From the NCBI RefSeq assembly GCF_004010195.1, contig NC_057739.1:44535734-44599733 (forward strand): a stretch of 64,000 bases of DNA, read 5' to 3'. The position numbers and the translations under genes were made by a program. The number at the start of each line of letters is the position of its first letter. The first letter of the stretch is position 1. The notes beneath the pieces are model-generated. The model searched no databases, was not told the origin of the DNA, and saw nothing but the letters and a program-made list of their open reading frames with translations. The stretch is from Chiloscyllium plagiosum (Eukaryota). Positions 13,054 through 26,575 of this stretch are shown in pieces.

Positions 13054-13213
13054 ACGCCTATACCCAGACATGGCATTTTTTCAGCGTCCCACTGATTACC
13101 CGTGCCTTTTGATCATGGACCCTCAGAATGAGTTTGAAACACTTCGCAGGCGGGTAGAGCAGACCACCCTGAAGTCTCAGACTGTTGCGCACAATCGGAG
13201 CGGCGTTACAAAC
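13054..13213 (+). CDS. TBC1D13: TBC1D13 exon 7 (RLYPDMAFFQRPTDYPCLLIMDPQNEFETLRRRVEQTTLKSQTVAHNRSGVTN)
   Basis: cctag acceptor, gtaagg donor; strong similarity to human. Confidence 0.97.
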
Positions 13214-13939
13214 GTAAGGTCCTCATTGTAGGGCAATCCTACTTTTAATAACCAAATAGCAACAATTTGCCTGTCTCCCTCCTCCCCTATTTGCATGTCT
13301 ATGCTACTGACCTCAGAGGCTCCATGTGAAAGGAAGTTCACTTTCTCACTGATTTCTGGGAAAAAACATTTCCCCTCATTCCCTTTTGGATTAATTGGTG
13401 TCTATTTTATAATTATGCCCCTTCCAAATTTTGGTTTCCTTTTCAGTGAAAGCACTTTGTCCACATCTAATCTGTCTTAACTTTTAAAGCCTTTGGGTTA
13501 TCCCGCCACCTTTAATGGAGACAAAACAAGGCTTAACCTGTTTAGTGCCCTTGTTAATTATACCTTCTTAGTATTTATATCAAACTCGTAAATCTTTTTG
13601 CCTCTTCATCGGTATTTCTGTAACCATTTTAGTCATATGGAGGTCAGAACTTTTCCAAGTGCTTTCTAGTGTGGTCTAACTAAAGTTTTACAAAGTTTAA
13701 CATAACTTCTGAGCTTTTGTAATCCCTCTGGAAAACAATCAAAGTGCTAAATTTCTTTTTATTGCCCAATGTATTTGTGTTCCTACCTAGTTTCTTGTGT
13801 ATCTATATCCCCAGATCCCTCCACTCATTTCATTGGCCTCTGGATTATTAGTCCAATGATATTCCCATATCACCACTTGATATAACTTCATTCACATTAA
13901 CACAGAAAACAGAATGTAAAACAGAACTATATTCTTACA

Positions 13940-14151
13940 CTGAAAAATGTGTTGCTGGAAAAGCGCAGCAGGTCAGGCAACATCCAAGGAGCAGGAGAAT
14001 CGACGTTTCGGGCATAAGCCCTTCTTCAGGAAGAAGAGCTTATGCCCGAAACTTCGATTCTCTTGCTCCTTGGATGCTGCCTGACCTGCTGCGCTTTTCC
14101 AGCAACACATTTTTCAGCTCTGATCTCCAGCATCTGAGTCCTCACTTTCTC
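13940..14151. mobile_element. Family A near-perfect palindromic element (~88 bp arms plus ~35 nt tail)
   Basis: 17 bp direct repeat ctatattcttacactga at 13927-13943 and 14152-14168; hammerhead core on - strand at 14001-14030. Confidence 0.85.
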
Positions 14152-14345
14152 CTATATTCTTACACTGAGCATTAAGTCTGATTTAAAATTGTAATTCCAA
14201 CTATCTGATGGGAGCTACACTGCTGTTGTCAAATTTTGTTACAGTTACTTTCAGGGGATCTCCCATTCTGCACTCTCCTACCATAGCTTTTATTCCATTT
14301 TCCCCCCTGTTGCTGATTCCCTCCCCATCTCCTTTCTTTGAACAG

Positions 14346-14547
14346 GTTTCCTCCCCTCGCAAGACAACCTCGGCTAATGAGTACGAAGTGCTTCCCAATG
14401 GTTGTGAGGCTCACTGGGAGGTGGTTGAAAGAATCCTTTTCATCTACGCCAAGCTGAACCCAGGAATTGCTTATGTTCAGGGCATGAATGAGATTGTGGG
14501 GCCGGTTTATTATACCTTTGCAACAGACCCTAACACTGACTGGAAAG
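14346..14547 (+). CDS. TBC1D13: TBC1D13 exon 8 (VSSPRK...YAKLNPGIAYVQGMNEIVGPVYYTFATDPNTDWK)
   Basis: aacag acceptor, gtgagg donor; YxQGM glutamine-finger motif. Confidence 0.97.
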
Positions 14548-14875
14548 GTGAGGTTCTGTTAAATAACAAAAACGTCTAGCCAGCCAGGGGCCTCACAAGC
14601 TCAGAATGATGACCAATTCTCCTTCATTTCTCGCCTGCCACCTCTTTTTTGCATTCTCCCCATTCCCACATCAGCCTTTCCTTCAATCCCTTCCCCCCCC
14701 TCATATGTTTTTGTAGCTTTCTCCTAGATGCATCTAAACTATTAGTATCTCTCTCTCTCTCTGGTATCACATGGCACCTTTTTGCCACTCTCTGGGTAAA
14801 GATTTTTTTTACTTTAGGGATTATTCATGGTACATTACAGCTCCTTGTTCTTAGCTTCCCCATACCTTCCAACAA

Positions 14876-15125
14876 GACCTGGTTTCGATTCCAACCTTGG
14901 GCAACTGTCAGTGTGGAGTTTGCACATTCTCCCCATGTCTGCGTGGGTTTCCTCCAGGTGCTCCGGTTTCCTCCCACAGTCCAAAGATATGCAGGTTAGG
15001 TGGATTGGCCATGGGAAATATGGGGTTACAGGGATAGGGCAGGGGCGTGGGTCTGGCTAGGATGCTGTTCAGAAGGTTGCTGTGGACTCGATGGGCTAAA
15101 TGGTCTGCTTCCACACTGTAGGGGT
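14876..15125 (+). mobile_element. 5'-truncated HE1-like V-SINE
   Basis: B-box remnant and V-domain GTGTGGAGTTTGCACATTCTCCCC...GTCCAAAGAT. Confidence 0.85.
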
Positions 15126-15508
15126 TCTCAGACTGTGAAGTTTATTGGTGTGTTTTAGGACACTAAGTATTGCAGACTGTTTGAGTCCAAATCCTGTCCT
15201 CATTGGCATGCCCACATTGATGTTGTCCTTATCAGGGTATCCCTGGATCACCGCCATCAGCAGCCCCAACTCCTACACCAACTATGGCCGCTAAGGTCAA
15301 TTCATCTTAGCCCCGAATGAAAGTTACAATCCATTACAGTCTGTGTCTGTATTCCCACTCCAGGAAGGGATTACATAAATAGTTTTCCAATCCTTTGACA
15401 AGTTGAACTGCGCTTAATATTATCCAGTAGTTTTTGTTTCATTGAGAAATTTTAAGGGGGAGAAAGTGCTTCGTTTTTAATATTTGTTTCTTTTCATGAA
15501 CTGTCCAG

Positions 15509-15672
15509 AACATGCAGAGGCAGACACGTTTTTCTGTTTCACAAACCTGATGTCAGAAATCAGGGACAATTTCATAAAGAGCCTGGATGACTCTCAGTGC
15601 GGGATCAGTTATAAAATGGAGAAGGTTTATTCAACGCTGAAGGAGAAAGACATGGATCTTTACCTCAAACTG
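15509..15672 (+). CDS. TBC1D13: TBC1D13 exon 9 (EHAEADTFFCFTNLMSEIRDNFIKSLDDSQCGISYKMEKVYSTLKEKDMDLYLKL)
   Basis: tccag acceptor, gtaaga donor. Confidence 0.97.
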
Positions 15673-16909
15673 GTAAGAAATTGTGCAATGAGAGAGGAGT
15701 GAAATCTGGGGAGTCCCATTCAATCATCACCCCTTAAGCTCGCTGACTCACACATGCTACTGACTGTCACATCTTTATAATTATATAATTTTTTTAAAAA
15801 TCTCCATCGTTTTGGTCTTCCCTGTCTCCATAATCTCCTCCAATTCTGGCCCAATATTAACAGTGCTCTCTTTGATGATTATACCTTCAGTTATTTTGCC
15901 CAGAACTCTGTAATTCTTTCCCTTAACTCCGTCTGTCCACCTGCTTCCTGAAATGTATATCTTTGGCCAAATTTCATAATGCTTCATGTAGCTCAGTCAA
16001 ATTTTGTTTGATATTCCTCTGAAGTAGCTTGGAAATGTTTTACTATGCTAATAGGGCTACATAATGCAGGTCATTCTGCAAAGGGACCAAAAAGGGGAGA
16101 CACCAATTTGTTGAGGGTTACTACAAACTGAATGTGAGCTCAAGCTTAGAAAAGAGAAGGGTCCTTGTGACACAATGCCCTACCTCTGAGCCAGAGGCCT
16201 GGGTTCAGGTTCCACCTGTTTTGGAAGTGAGTAATACCATCTCTGTGCAGGTTGGTTAGAAAATATCTTAAAAAAAAAAAAGATGCCTTTACTCAGTTAA
16301 CTATGCAGGGCTGGTTCGGATATAAAATTGGCTATTTGGAGAGCTGAATGAACATTTGAGGGAGTGAATGATTGAAGGCATCTGCTTTTCTATGCTAAAA
16401 CAATTCAATAAGTACTTTACTGACTTGAAAATGTTTTTCATGACATCTACTGTTTTGTGAAAATTGCTATATAAATGCAATTCTTCTTTAAGTTTCTAGG
16501 GTCACAATATCTGAGCTAGAAATAGCTGCCACGGAGCTCAGAGTGTTTATAGCTGCAACGTCCCTTTATGAACACTTTTTTTTTAAAATGTGCATAGCCT
16601 AACCAAAGTTTTTGATTTCAAGTTCTAATCCCTTTTCCCACAAAAGTTAGTGACAATCCCTGAAGATTAAACAGTTTGTGATTTTTCCTGGTCACCAGAT
16701 TAAGCACAAATACCGAATCCGCCCAAATACCCAAGACATGTAAACAGAATAATATGGCCATCATTGGACGTGATCCTGCTAATCAGCTTTTTATTAATTA
16801 ATCCAGACTGTGCTGAGAGCTTCACCAGAAACCAATTTGAGATCATCACTGCACCTTGTGGTGCAATGCAGTTGTGTACGCTAGAATCTACAATGTTTTA
16901 GACCCTGTT

Positions 16910-17012
16910 TTATGGATGTAAGTCTGCTGGTTGAGTTGGAACCTTCCAGCTCAGTGACCAAACTTACATCCAGAACCTCAACCTGAGCTACAAATCTTCT
17001 CAAAACTCGCTA
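16910..17012 (+). mobile_element. Penelope-like 3' terminus with a short inverted arm
   Basis: acctgagctacaaatcttctcaaaact resembles the tail at 52586-52620 (reverse complement); upstream part matches 21885-21915. Confidence 0.6.
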
Positions 17013-17523
17013 ACCCTGTTTAATGTCGATGAAAGGAATTTAGATATACATTGCACCTTTTTTAATTGGAGCAAAAAGATATTATGAGACTGCCAATCCC
17101 TGTTGCATTCCCATGGCAACACCCTGACCATTCAGAGTCTATTCACCTGGTCTGCAGTTAGCTGTTCCTGCTGCATCTTTATGCCAGTGATGGCTCAACC
17201 AGTCAGTACACTCTTCTGATGTTGTGCATGCTTTGTCCCATTTTCCAAATCCATTTCTTGCATAAGTGTTAGATATAGAGCTTCAACCTGTTTCTCCTCC
17301 TATTGATGTTATGTTGCTAAATAAATCTAAGGGCCAAGGCAATAGAAGGATATCTCAATACTGTTGGGTTTAAGTAAAATTGGAAGAAGCTTGTCTTGAA
17401 CATAAACATCAGACTGGCCCAAACAACCTGTTGCTGCTATACCATGAAATGAGTATTGTTTTATGATGAATAATTCAGCTGAGTGTCTTGTGCTGATGAG
17501 GGTCTGTACATTTTATGCTTCAG

Positions 17524-17684
17524 CAAGAGCAGAACATCAAGCCACAGTTTTTCGCCTTCCGTTGGCTCACGTTATTATTGTCACAAGAGTTCCTCCTCCC
17601 AGACGTCATTCGAATATGGGATTCCCTCTTTTCAGACATCCACAGGTTCGATTTCCTCATCCTGGTCTGCTGCGCTATGCTGAT
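17524..17684 (+). CDS. TBC1D13: TBC1D13 exon 10 (QEQNIKPQFFAFRWLTLLLSQEFLLPDVIRIWDSLFSDIHRFDFLILVCCAML)
   Basis: ttcag acceptor, gtaagt donor. Confidence 0.97.
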
Positions 17685-20254
17685 GTAAGTAACAAAACCT
17701 GTGGTTTCAGTTGTTGGTGAAAGATCAAGGGCAACTCTTGCCCCTTCGAGGGTGTAGACTACCCTTTTCTAACCAGCAAACCACCAGCTTTTGGGTGGGG
17801 TTGGTGGTGGTGCCAGGTTTGTCTGTCGATCAAATTCATTAGTGGGTTGCATGCTTGACCAGCAAGGCTGGAATTTGCCATTTATTTCCCCAGAACTGAG
17901 TGGCTTGTTAGGTCATTTCGGAGGGCAGTTAAGAGTCAACGACATTCCTGTGTCTCGGGGATCATGTCTAGGCCAGACTGGGCACGGGAACCATGGAACT
18001 GTTGTCAATTGTTGTGAAAAACCCAACTGGTTCACTAATGCCCTTCAGAGGGGGACATCTGCCACCCTCACCTGGTCTGGCCTACATGTGACTGCAGTCC
18101 CAGAGCCAAGGTGACTGACTCTCAACTGCCCTCTGAAATGGCCTTGGACGTCACTCAGTTGTACCAACAAAGAAATGAAATTGGACAGACCATCTGGCAT
18201 TTACCTAGGCATCGGGAAGATAACAGCAAAACAGTCCTGTCGACTCTGGAGAGTGATCCCAGAACTGGGAGAGCTGTCTCACAGAATCGTCAAGCCGCAG
18301 CCTGACTTAGTATACTCATGGAATCATACCTGACAATCGATGTCCCAGAAACCACCATCACCACCACCATCCCTGAATGTGTCCTGTCCCATTGGCAGGA
18401 CAGACCCAGCAGAAATGGCAGCACAGTGTTGCCTTGGGAGTCCACCAACTGGTGTAATGGGATTTGAATTCATGGCCTTGGGGCATTATCCTCAGGTTTG
18501 TTATTGCAGTGACATTACCATGGCGCCACCCAGTCTCACTGTTTCAGCAGAAGCTCCACATGTCACCTATCTGGCTCGGAGAATCCTTTGGCATGAATTG
18601 ACTGGCAGGTTCACTGAGAGGTGAAAGTGACATTTATCTCACCACCCCCTCAGCTCACCGCCTCATTCCTGATGAATTACTTTTGCCCGAAACGTCGACT
18701 CTCCTGCTGTTCGAATGCTGCCTGACCTGCTGTGCTTTTCCAGCACCACACTCTCAACTCTGGTTCATTGAGGTTAATGGCACCTCATGGAGAACCCCTT
18801 TAGCAACTGCTTCACTCTCATGCGGGTCGAAGCACAGAATGTGGTCTTATCAGTATGTGCTGGCCTGGAGAAAGGGAATTTTCCACCTCGCCCCATTCCC
18901 CTTCTCTTTCCATGTAGCCCTGAATAATACCCCTTTTGAGTTTATATCCAACCCAATTTGTCTGCTGTGGGTAACACATTTCCCTCTGAAATGGACCATG
19001 TGGGTTCACGTCCCATTCTTGCCCACATCCCATGAGTGAGTTAAAAAACCATCGGAGATGTTAAACCAGGACTTTGTCTCTGGATTACTAGTCTCCAACT
19101 GACAGTGTCACTAATTCAAAGAAGAGCTGGGGTGTTCTGCCTGGTGTTCAGGCCAAAGTGCTATTGCCTCGCTTCATGTGGAATCTTGCTATGTACATAT
19201 TGATTGGCTGTGTTTCCTCCATTGCAGTGGGGTTTGTCATTGGCTGTAAAACACTTTGGCGTGTTTTGTCTTGGTGAAAGTTGTTAATGAAATACAAGCA
19301 CTTCAATTTCTGGGGTCATTTCATTGAGATCAATTAAAGGGTGCTTCCTCCTATAATTTAGAGAATTATATATTTGAAGTGTGTGTCAGATTTGCACATC
19401 TGAGATTGGTCTCCTGTTTTGTGAGCAGGATTCTCCTTTGCTGACCGTCCCAGGTTGTAATTTGTGCTTTTAAGATGAGAATAGTCAGTCAGTTACGGAG
19501 TTGAACTAAATATGATTCTTAGGCAGCAGAGTTTTGTTGTTTTGTCTTTATCAGATTTGACCTGAAATGAAGTTACACAGGCAGAGTGCAGTTGAGTGTG
19601 TCCTAATCTCTTCAGATTCAGGTATTCTTGAGCTGTTGCACAACAGATCTGGGGATTGCCAATGAAAGTTCCCCCACCCTTCAGTCTCTTGTTATTATAC
19701 TGATTCCCTATTGGAAACTTTTTGCCTGTAAAATGTAATTGATCCAATCAACTGTTGGAATTTATGATTTTGTACTGCAGTTCATTTAATCAGATGTTGC
19801 TGTATCTCATTGGTTATGTTTCAACAATGCAAGAAAGCAAATTGCTTTAAAACTGGGTGCATTCAAATGGAAAACCGTGTAGAACTGGTACATTCTTGGA
19901 GTGACGGAATTGCAGCAGTTATTTTTTCTAAAAGAAATGAGGGCAGGATGTGGAGAGAGGAAATGTAAACAATCCTAACCTTCAGAATCCACGTTTGTGA
20001 AGGTTCAGACTTCATAAGTTCTTCATTTGCTTGGAGCTGCTCAATTTATCTCATTTACTATTTTTTTGAGAAAGTGGAGACTAGAATTCAATTAAATGGA
20101 ACCAGTGGTAAATAAATTTGATTGTTTTAAATAATTTTGGACATGTTTATGATAAATTTGACTGTCAATGAGAATGATGGGAGGAGCATGTCGGATCCAG
20201 AGTTTCCTTAATGGATTTATCACACCTTGATACCGTGACCTGTTTTTCTTGCAG

Positions 20255-20312
20255 TTTGATCCGGGATCAGCTGCTTGCTGGGGACTTCACTACAAACATG
20301 AGGTTGCTACAG
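20255..20312 (+). CDS. TBC1D13: TBC1D13 exon 11 (LIRDQLLAGDFTTNMRLLQ)
   Basis: tgcag acceptor, gtgagt donor. Confidence 0.95.
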
Positions 20313-20689
20313 GTGAGTCCATTTGTTCCTGTTATAAGTATAACCATATTCTACAACTGCATTTGAAGTTCTCTAGACTTGAAGTATCCTGTTACTTTAA
20401 TTGTCTTATCTTCACACTGCTTTCTAAGAGAGCAGTGTAAACAATCTGCAGGGTGGTTTAAAACGTCTGAGCCGTAATATGAATGCTTCATTCATGCCTG
20501 TAACCATTCCTTTATACTAGCTGATATGAGAGGTGTGGCTTCAGGCTTATTGGGTAGAAGGTTTTACAGGTTCTGTTGGCCTCCATGATGCAATGGGGTG
20601 TGTAACCCACATTCCCTGAACACAAGTCTCAATGTCGACTCAAAGCAGTTGTTATTGCAGATCTGTGATTTTGAAAAAATTAGTTCATG

Positions 20690-21275
20690 GGGTGTAGCAG
20701 TCCCTGGCTGCGCCAATATGTTGCCTATCTCATCTGTTGAGAAGATGGTTGTGAGTTTGCTTCTCAAACCTCATGGTGTGCTGCAGTACGAGCACCTGCA
20801 ATGCTGCTGTTGACCCAGCGACAGTTAAGAAATGGCGATTATACTTCCAAGACATGGAGGGGTGGGGAGCTTGCAGGTGGTGTGTCCCATATGTCTGCTG
20901 CCTTTGTCCTCCTCAATGCTCAGGGTCTTGGGTTTGGAAGGTGCTACCAAAGGAAGCTGGGGAGTTGCTGCAGTGGATCTTGTAAATAGTGTGCACTGCT
21001 CCAGTGGTGAAGTGAGTGAATGTTAAACATGGGTTCTGTGGTGCCAATTACATGGGCTGCTTTATCCTGGATAATGCTGAGCTTCTGGAGTGATGTTCAA
21101 GCTGAAGTCATCCAGGCAAATGGGGAATATTCTATCACACCCTGACTTGTAGCTGGAGATGGACAGATTTTGGGAAGACTGGGTGAGTTGTATGCTGCTG
21201 AAATCCCTGGCCTCTGATCTGTTCTTGTTGCTGTTTATATAAGTTGTCTTTATACAGGCTGGTCCAGTTCAGTTT
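20690..21275 (-). mobile_element. Degenerate L2/Crack-like LINE 3' fragment
   Basis: Similar to 56335-56700; boundaries approximate. Confidence 0.55.
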
Positions 21276-21627
21276 CCACTTACTGGCACTGTCTGGGGCC
21301 GGATTCTCAGGTGAGGATGCTGCCTCTGAGCTGGAAGCTTACTTCACTGCTTTAGTGCAGAGGGCGTGAGCTATGCCAGCACAAAGACCCGCCACTTTTT
21401 TTTGTTAAAGAGTTTAATGTGCTGCTACAGCTGACATTCCAGAATTTGAAGGCAGAGTTTCCGGTCCTCTGCAAAGGCTCAAATTAGCCTGCGGAGGGAG
21501 TTTCTACGCATGGAAGAAACCTGCTCCTTCTAGTCTGGAGACCGTAAGGGAAATCCTCACCTGTTTTTATATTGCTGTTCCCCAGGCTTTGGGAACAGAG
21601 TGAACTGTTGATGAGTTTTGACATACA

Positions 21628-21915
21628 CGAGAATTCCTAGAAGCAAGGCATTCCAACCAGAAAGCTATAAACAAACGCATTGACTTGGATTCCATTTACC
21701 AACCCCTGAGAAAAAGAACAGGAAATGAGATCACTATATGAAATGATGTTACCACAGGAAATGACACCACCAATCCAAGGAAACCCAAACATATAAATAG
21801 AAAGCGGGCTACACCACCAGTGCTTCATCCGGAGGCTCACTGAAGATGCTACCTAGTATGGTGACGAAACATCTGAGAATGAACGTTCCAGCTCAGTGAG
21901 CAAATCTACATCCAG
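21628..21915 (+). mobile_element. Penelope-like element 3' fragment with hammerhead core
   Basis: Translates as REFLEARHSNQKAINKRIDLDSIYQPL, similar to REFLEAWHS at the 52817-53077 ORF end; core ctca-CTGAAGA-T...GGTGAC-GAAA-ca-TC-tgag at 21836-21877. Confidence 0.8.
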
Positions 21916-22249
21916 AGTGAAATGTGTTAATACTCTGTTGGTGCAGAGTGTTTTCACTGTATTGGAGGCAGATTCAATGGTAACTTTCAAATGGACTAAT
22001 TGACTCTACCACCTCAGCCCTGCTGATGAGGTGTTTGCTTCTGGTTACCTCATTTACCATTACCAGACTGCCCCTTGTCTGTAGCTAGTACAGCAGGACT
22101 TCCTTCAAGAGGCCAAAACATTATATGGGGGAAGTCCAAGGACTGTACCACTTTTCACAGATATACCAATTTCTGTGCAGGGATGGTCGTGCTAGTAACC
22201 TCCTTCCCACCCCCCCAAACAAAATTGCTTGATTTGATTGATTTTTGTC

Positions 22250-22795
22250 ACACATATCAAGATTCAGTGAAAAGTATTGGAAAAATTATATCTTACAGTA
22301 TTACATCAGGTTAATAGAACAGAATGCAGAATATAGTGTTGGAGCTGCAGAGAAGGTACAGAGAAACATCAACTCTAATATATAAGAGATCCATTCGGAA
22401 GTCTGATAACAACGGGAAGTAAGTTGTTGGTATGTGTTTTCAAACTTCTGTATCTTCTGGAAGTGTGTATGACTGGGGTGGGAGATGTCTTTGATGTTGG
22501 TTGCTTTCCTGAGACAGCGGTAAGTATAGACCGTGGAAGCAAGGCTGGTTTTCATGATGGACTTGGCTGAGTTCACAACTCTCTAATTTCTTGTGGTCTT
22601 GGCCAGAGCAGTTGCCAAACCAAGCTGTGATGTATCTGGATAGGATGCTTCCTATGGTGCATCTATAAAAATTGTGAAGAGCCATTCTGGACATGCTGAA
22701 TTTCCTTAGCCTCATGAGGAAGTAGAGGCTTTGGTGTGCCTCTTTGACTGTAAGGTTGCCATAGATGGACCAGGACAGATTAGTGAACTGGTGAC
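22250..22795 (-). mobile_element. Rex1/Babar-like LINE 3' fragment
   Basis: RLRKFSMSRMALHNFYRCTIGSILSRYITAWFGNCSGQDHKKL is typical of the Rex1 RT C-terminus. Confidence 0.75.
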
Positions 22796-23567
22796 AGGTT
22801 GATTACTCTGTGGAACTCGCCTGCCCAGCAAGGGAAACAAACAAGGTGATGGGTGCATTCGATGAGAATTGAACCCACAGTTTTTTCTCAGACGTGGTGT
22901 CCTTCGGTCCAACTCTGAAACCACTTTGAGCTACAAAATCTGTCAAATCATGGAGTCTGTTCTTGACAGGGAGCTGGACCAGTAACTGTTCAATGGAGCA
23001 TTTTCTGATTGTACAGCTGTTATACAGAAACAATTTCTTCCTATTTATAATTTTGAACACCACTTACAGTACCGCTGAGATATAGGGGCTCTGTATGCTA
23101 TAGACTCAGAATGTAACAAACAGCATGCCCCTTTAGCCATTTGGAGCAGACACATTGAGGACCAGCCAGCACGTGCAAATTCAAAATCGTGTCCAACATT
23201 AGATGTACTTCAGAAACTGGGTAACATTTGTAAAGTAATCCCAAGTCTGGTAAGAATTAAGCTGACAACCAGTTTAAGATTGTTAGGTTCACAGTGTGGT
23301 GCATTTGTGTATATTGGATGCAGTAGATGACTGTGTATATTGGAAGCAGTAGATGACTGTGTATATGAGTACATGAGACCCTGCTCTTTGCAGACAGAAC
23401 ATGAGCACACACTGCACCTCTCCCTTTAGAATGAAATTTCTTGCAGATATCCTGATGAGTGTAAGATAATAAAGCTTTAACAAAATGTGTTTTCCTGCAA
23501 TATCACATCTTCCGTTAACCACCAACTGTCTCTAAGGAGAACGATCTTAAATAGATTCTGGAGAAAG

Positions 23568-23880
23568 AGTCAAAATGTGTGGTGCTGGAAAAGCACAGCC
23601 GGTCAGGCAGCATCCGAGAAGCAGGAGAGTCGACGTTTTGAGCATAAGCTCTTCGTCAACATCTGCAGTCCTCACTTTCTTTTAGGGTCTGGAGAAAGTC
23701 AGGTCTGGCAGCATCTGTGGAGAGAAACTGAGTTAACGTTTCAAGTCCAGTGACCCTTTTTCAGTTAAGACTTGAAATGTTAACTTTGCTTCTCCTTCAC
23801 AAATGCTACCTGCTGAGTTTCTCCTGAAATTTCGGGATTTTGTTTCAGATTTTCAGCATCCACAGTTCTTTGTTTTATTT
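23568..23880. mobile_element. Adjacent family A (deleted centre) and family B inverted-repeat elements
   Basis: tctggagaaag repeated at 23557-23567 and 23688-23698; B arms GAGTTAACGTTTC / GAAATGTTAACT. Confidence 0.65.
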
Positions 23881-26575
23881 CTAGAGAGCAATACCATATT
23901 TTTTGGTCTTGCCACATTACCAGATTCCTTTCTCCTCAGTAACATTCTAGCCTGCACCCTCTCCAAGGCCTTGACGTTGTCTCCAGTTCCTGAAGCTTTC
24001 AGAACAACATTCCAGCTGATGTCCAAGGTGGTGATTTGGTAAACGTTGAGCAGATCTTTCTTGATTTTGCACACTGTCTGTTTATAAAGCCAAGCGTTTC
24101 TACATGTTTTTAAAACAACTTTATCAACTTTATTAGGTTCTTTTTTTCCTGAGATTCTTACACTCTTGATGCAAATGCAACATGCCAACTTCTGTGAACA
24201 AGAAAAATTTATTAAGCACAGTACAAACCAAGCTTTGGAGAACCCCTCTTTGCCATGCTTGCAAGGTGTGTCCAGGGAAGCGCTCTGAACAAAAGAAATA
24301 GACCTTCCTTTATGCAAAATCTTTGTCACAGTCAGTAATGTTCACAAGACAACCCCCAGTCACTCCCTCACAGTCACATGTCACTCAAGACAATACAGTG
24401 ACCACATCACCTCCACAAACAATGTAATGTAAATCATCCCTTACTGGCCAGATCTGGTGTGAATTGTATTTTTTTAACTGTAGGGAATAGTCAAATTCCA
24501 ACTGTAATGTTCTTATCCCTTTCTGAATAGGGGATGAAAATGTAAATAGGCTTTTGAATGGCATGGAAATGACCACGTAAATGGTTCTGAATAATAGGAG
24601 ATGTCAATGTAATTTCTTGCAATCTATCTGTACGTCAGAGGCATCCCACCCTAGCTTTGGGACATCCAATTTCCTAAAGGTCAGCAGAGCCAGTTAACTC
24701 TTTAATATCACAACTTGGTCTGTTGCTTTTGGAAATTTGTTTGAGATGCTGGGGTTGCTTTTCCTCCTTCTCCCCTTCCTAGAAGAATTTAAGAAAAGGA
24801 ATATGTTGATATTTTGTTTGAAGGAGCACCAGGTGTTTGTTTTTTTTTTGCAAGATTGGAGAGAGGGTGTAGTCTGCAATGTAAGAGTCATTGGAATTGC
24901 TAAATGTGAAAGAGCAAGGTTTATCTTTATCGCATTCTGCCCTCCTGCTAGCAACTTGGATTGCTAATGGATTACTGACTAATCATGTTAATCTTATTCA
25001 AACATTTCATTTGAAAAATTAATTCAGATTCTCACAATGCCATTGTGTGACTTGAATGTGTTTTCTGGCTTATTAATCCAGGCCTCTGAATTACTGATTC
25101 GAAAGTGCACTAATAAATCGCAAAGGTTTAATGCGTGCATGTGCCGAATGGTCTTGCTTTGGTGTGTAAAATGACAGTTAATTTCAGTGAGTGGCTGTGC
25201 AAACCAGTGAATTCCAGGATTTATTTCCTGGTTATGGTGATTTAGCTGTTAGTCAGGATGTGACAGAGGCTTCTGAGCTCCTGGGGGCAAGCTGTTTGAT
25301 AGCATTCTCTATTTTCTGGCTGTCTGAGCTCCACGGTCTTTCTCCCACCAAGTGTAACAGTTGAACCAATTGTGGATGAACATGAAATGGTTGGTATCTT
25401 TCCTCTGTGTCACGTGGCATCATCTCTTTAATTCCTGTTTAGTTGTGTTCCTTTTCGCCATTTCAAAAGTGATTCAGTGAAGTAGTATTCTACAATAATA
25501 CAACTGCAGCTGGCGTTTGTTTTAAATCCATAAACGTCTAGAAATGTCATTTGCTTGGGTGCAGTAGAAGATGGAGCTCTCCAAGGTCCTGCTGTAAACC
25601 TGGCTCACTGAAGCATTTGCTTTTGTCTTTGTTTACTGATGAAAATTGTTTTGTCTTGAGTAACTTCAGTATTGATGTAGGTGTAAAAAGGTTGGAAATT
25701 TCTGCCACTGGATATGAGTGGTGACTGAATTTCCATCTCTCTTTTCTGGAGAGCTTTAGGGCCAATGAAATTGCTAGTTGTGTAGTACTGCTGGCAAAGT
25801 AGTGACCAAAGTTCAAAATTACCAGTACCAGACTGTAGATTTGTACTTTAATTATAGGCAAGATAACTAGCCCACTGCATTTGTCAGACACTGGAGAAAT
25901 CCAGCATTGATAGCAGCATCTATGGAGAGGAATAGTTAACATTTTAAAGTCTGATGTGATTCTTCTTCAGCATTGACACAGATGCAGTCAAACCTGCTGA
26001 GTATTTCCAACATTCTAGCATCCACTGTATTTTGCTGTGGTTCAACTTTTGGATGATTGACAAAGTAGCAGTTGATCATAAATGAGAGGTAATCGATAGC
26101 CAGAAGGCTCTAAAGAGTGTGAGGGGCTCAAGAGACCCGGAGATGCATGTGCTTAATGTTTGAAAATGATGAGACAATATTGAGTGGAAATACCAAGCCT
26201 GTGGACTCCTGGACTTCCATAAATGGAGCTACTGAGAACAAACGTAAGGAGATTCTGTTGAACCTTCATTAAAATCCTGGTTAGGCTGCTTCTAGAATAT
26301 TGCTTCCAGTTCCAGTCACCACAGTTTGACAAGGAAGTCAGACATACACAAGAGATGTGCCGAATGGTCCCAGAAATGAGGGATTTTAGCTTTGAGGTTA
26401 GGTTGAAGAAGTTAGTGTTCTTTGGAGGAAAGGAGGGTTAGACAAGACCTAATGAGGGGTGTGCAAGGTTATAATGGCTTAGATAAGGTCGGTAAAAGCT
26501 GTTCCCATTAGTTTATAGTGCAAGGACTAGGTATCACAGATTCAAGGATTTTGTTAAAGGGAAATGAAAAAGATG

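Noticed and set aside
13940-14151. Palindromes as DNA-transposon MITEs or pre-miRNAs
   Set aside because: Asymmetric ends, long variable TSDs and hammerhead cores fit Penelope-like retrotransposition; no evidence for a miRNA
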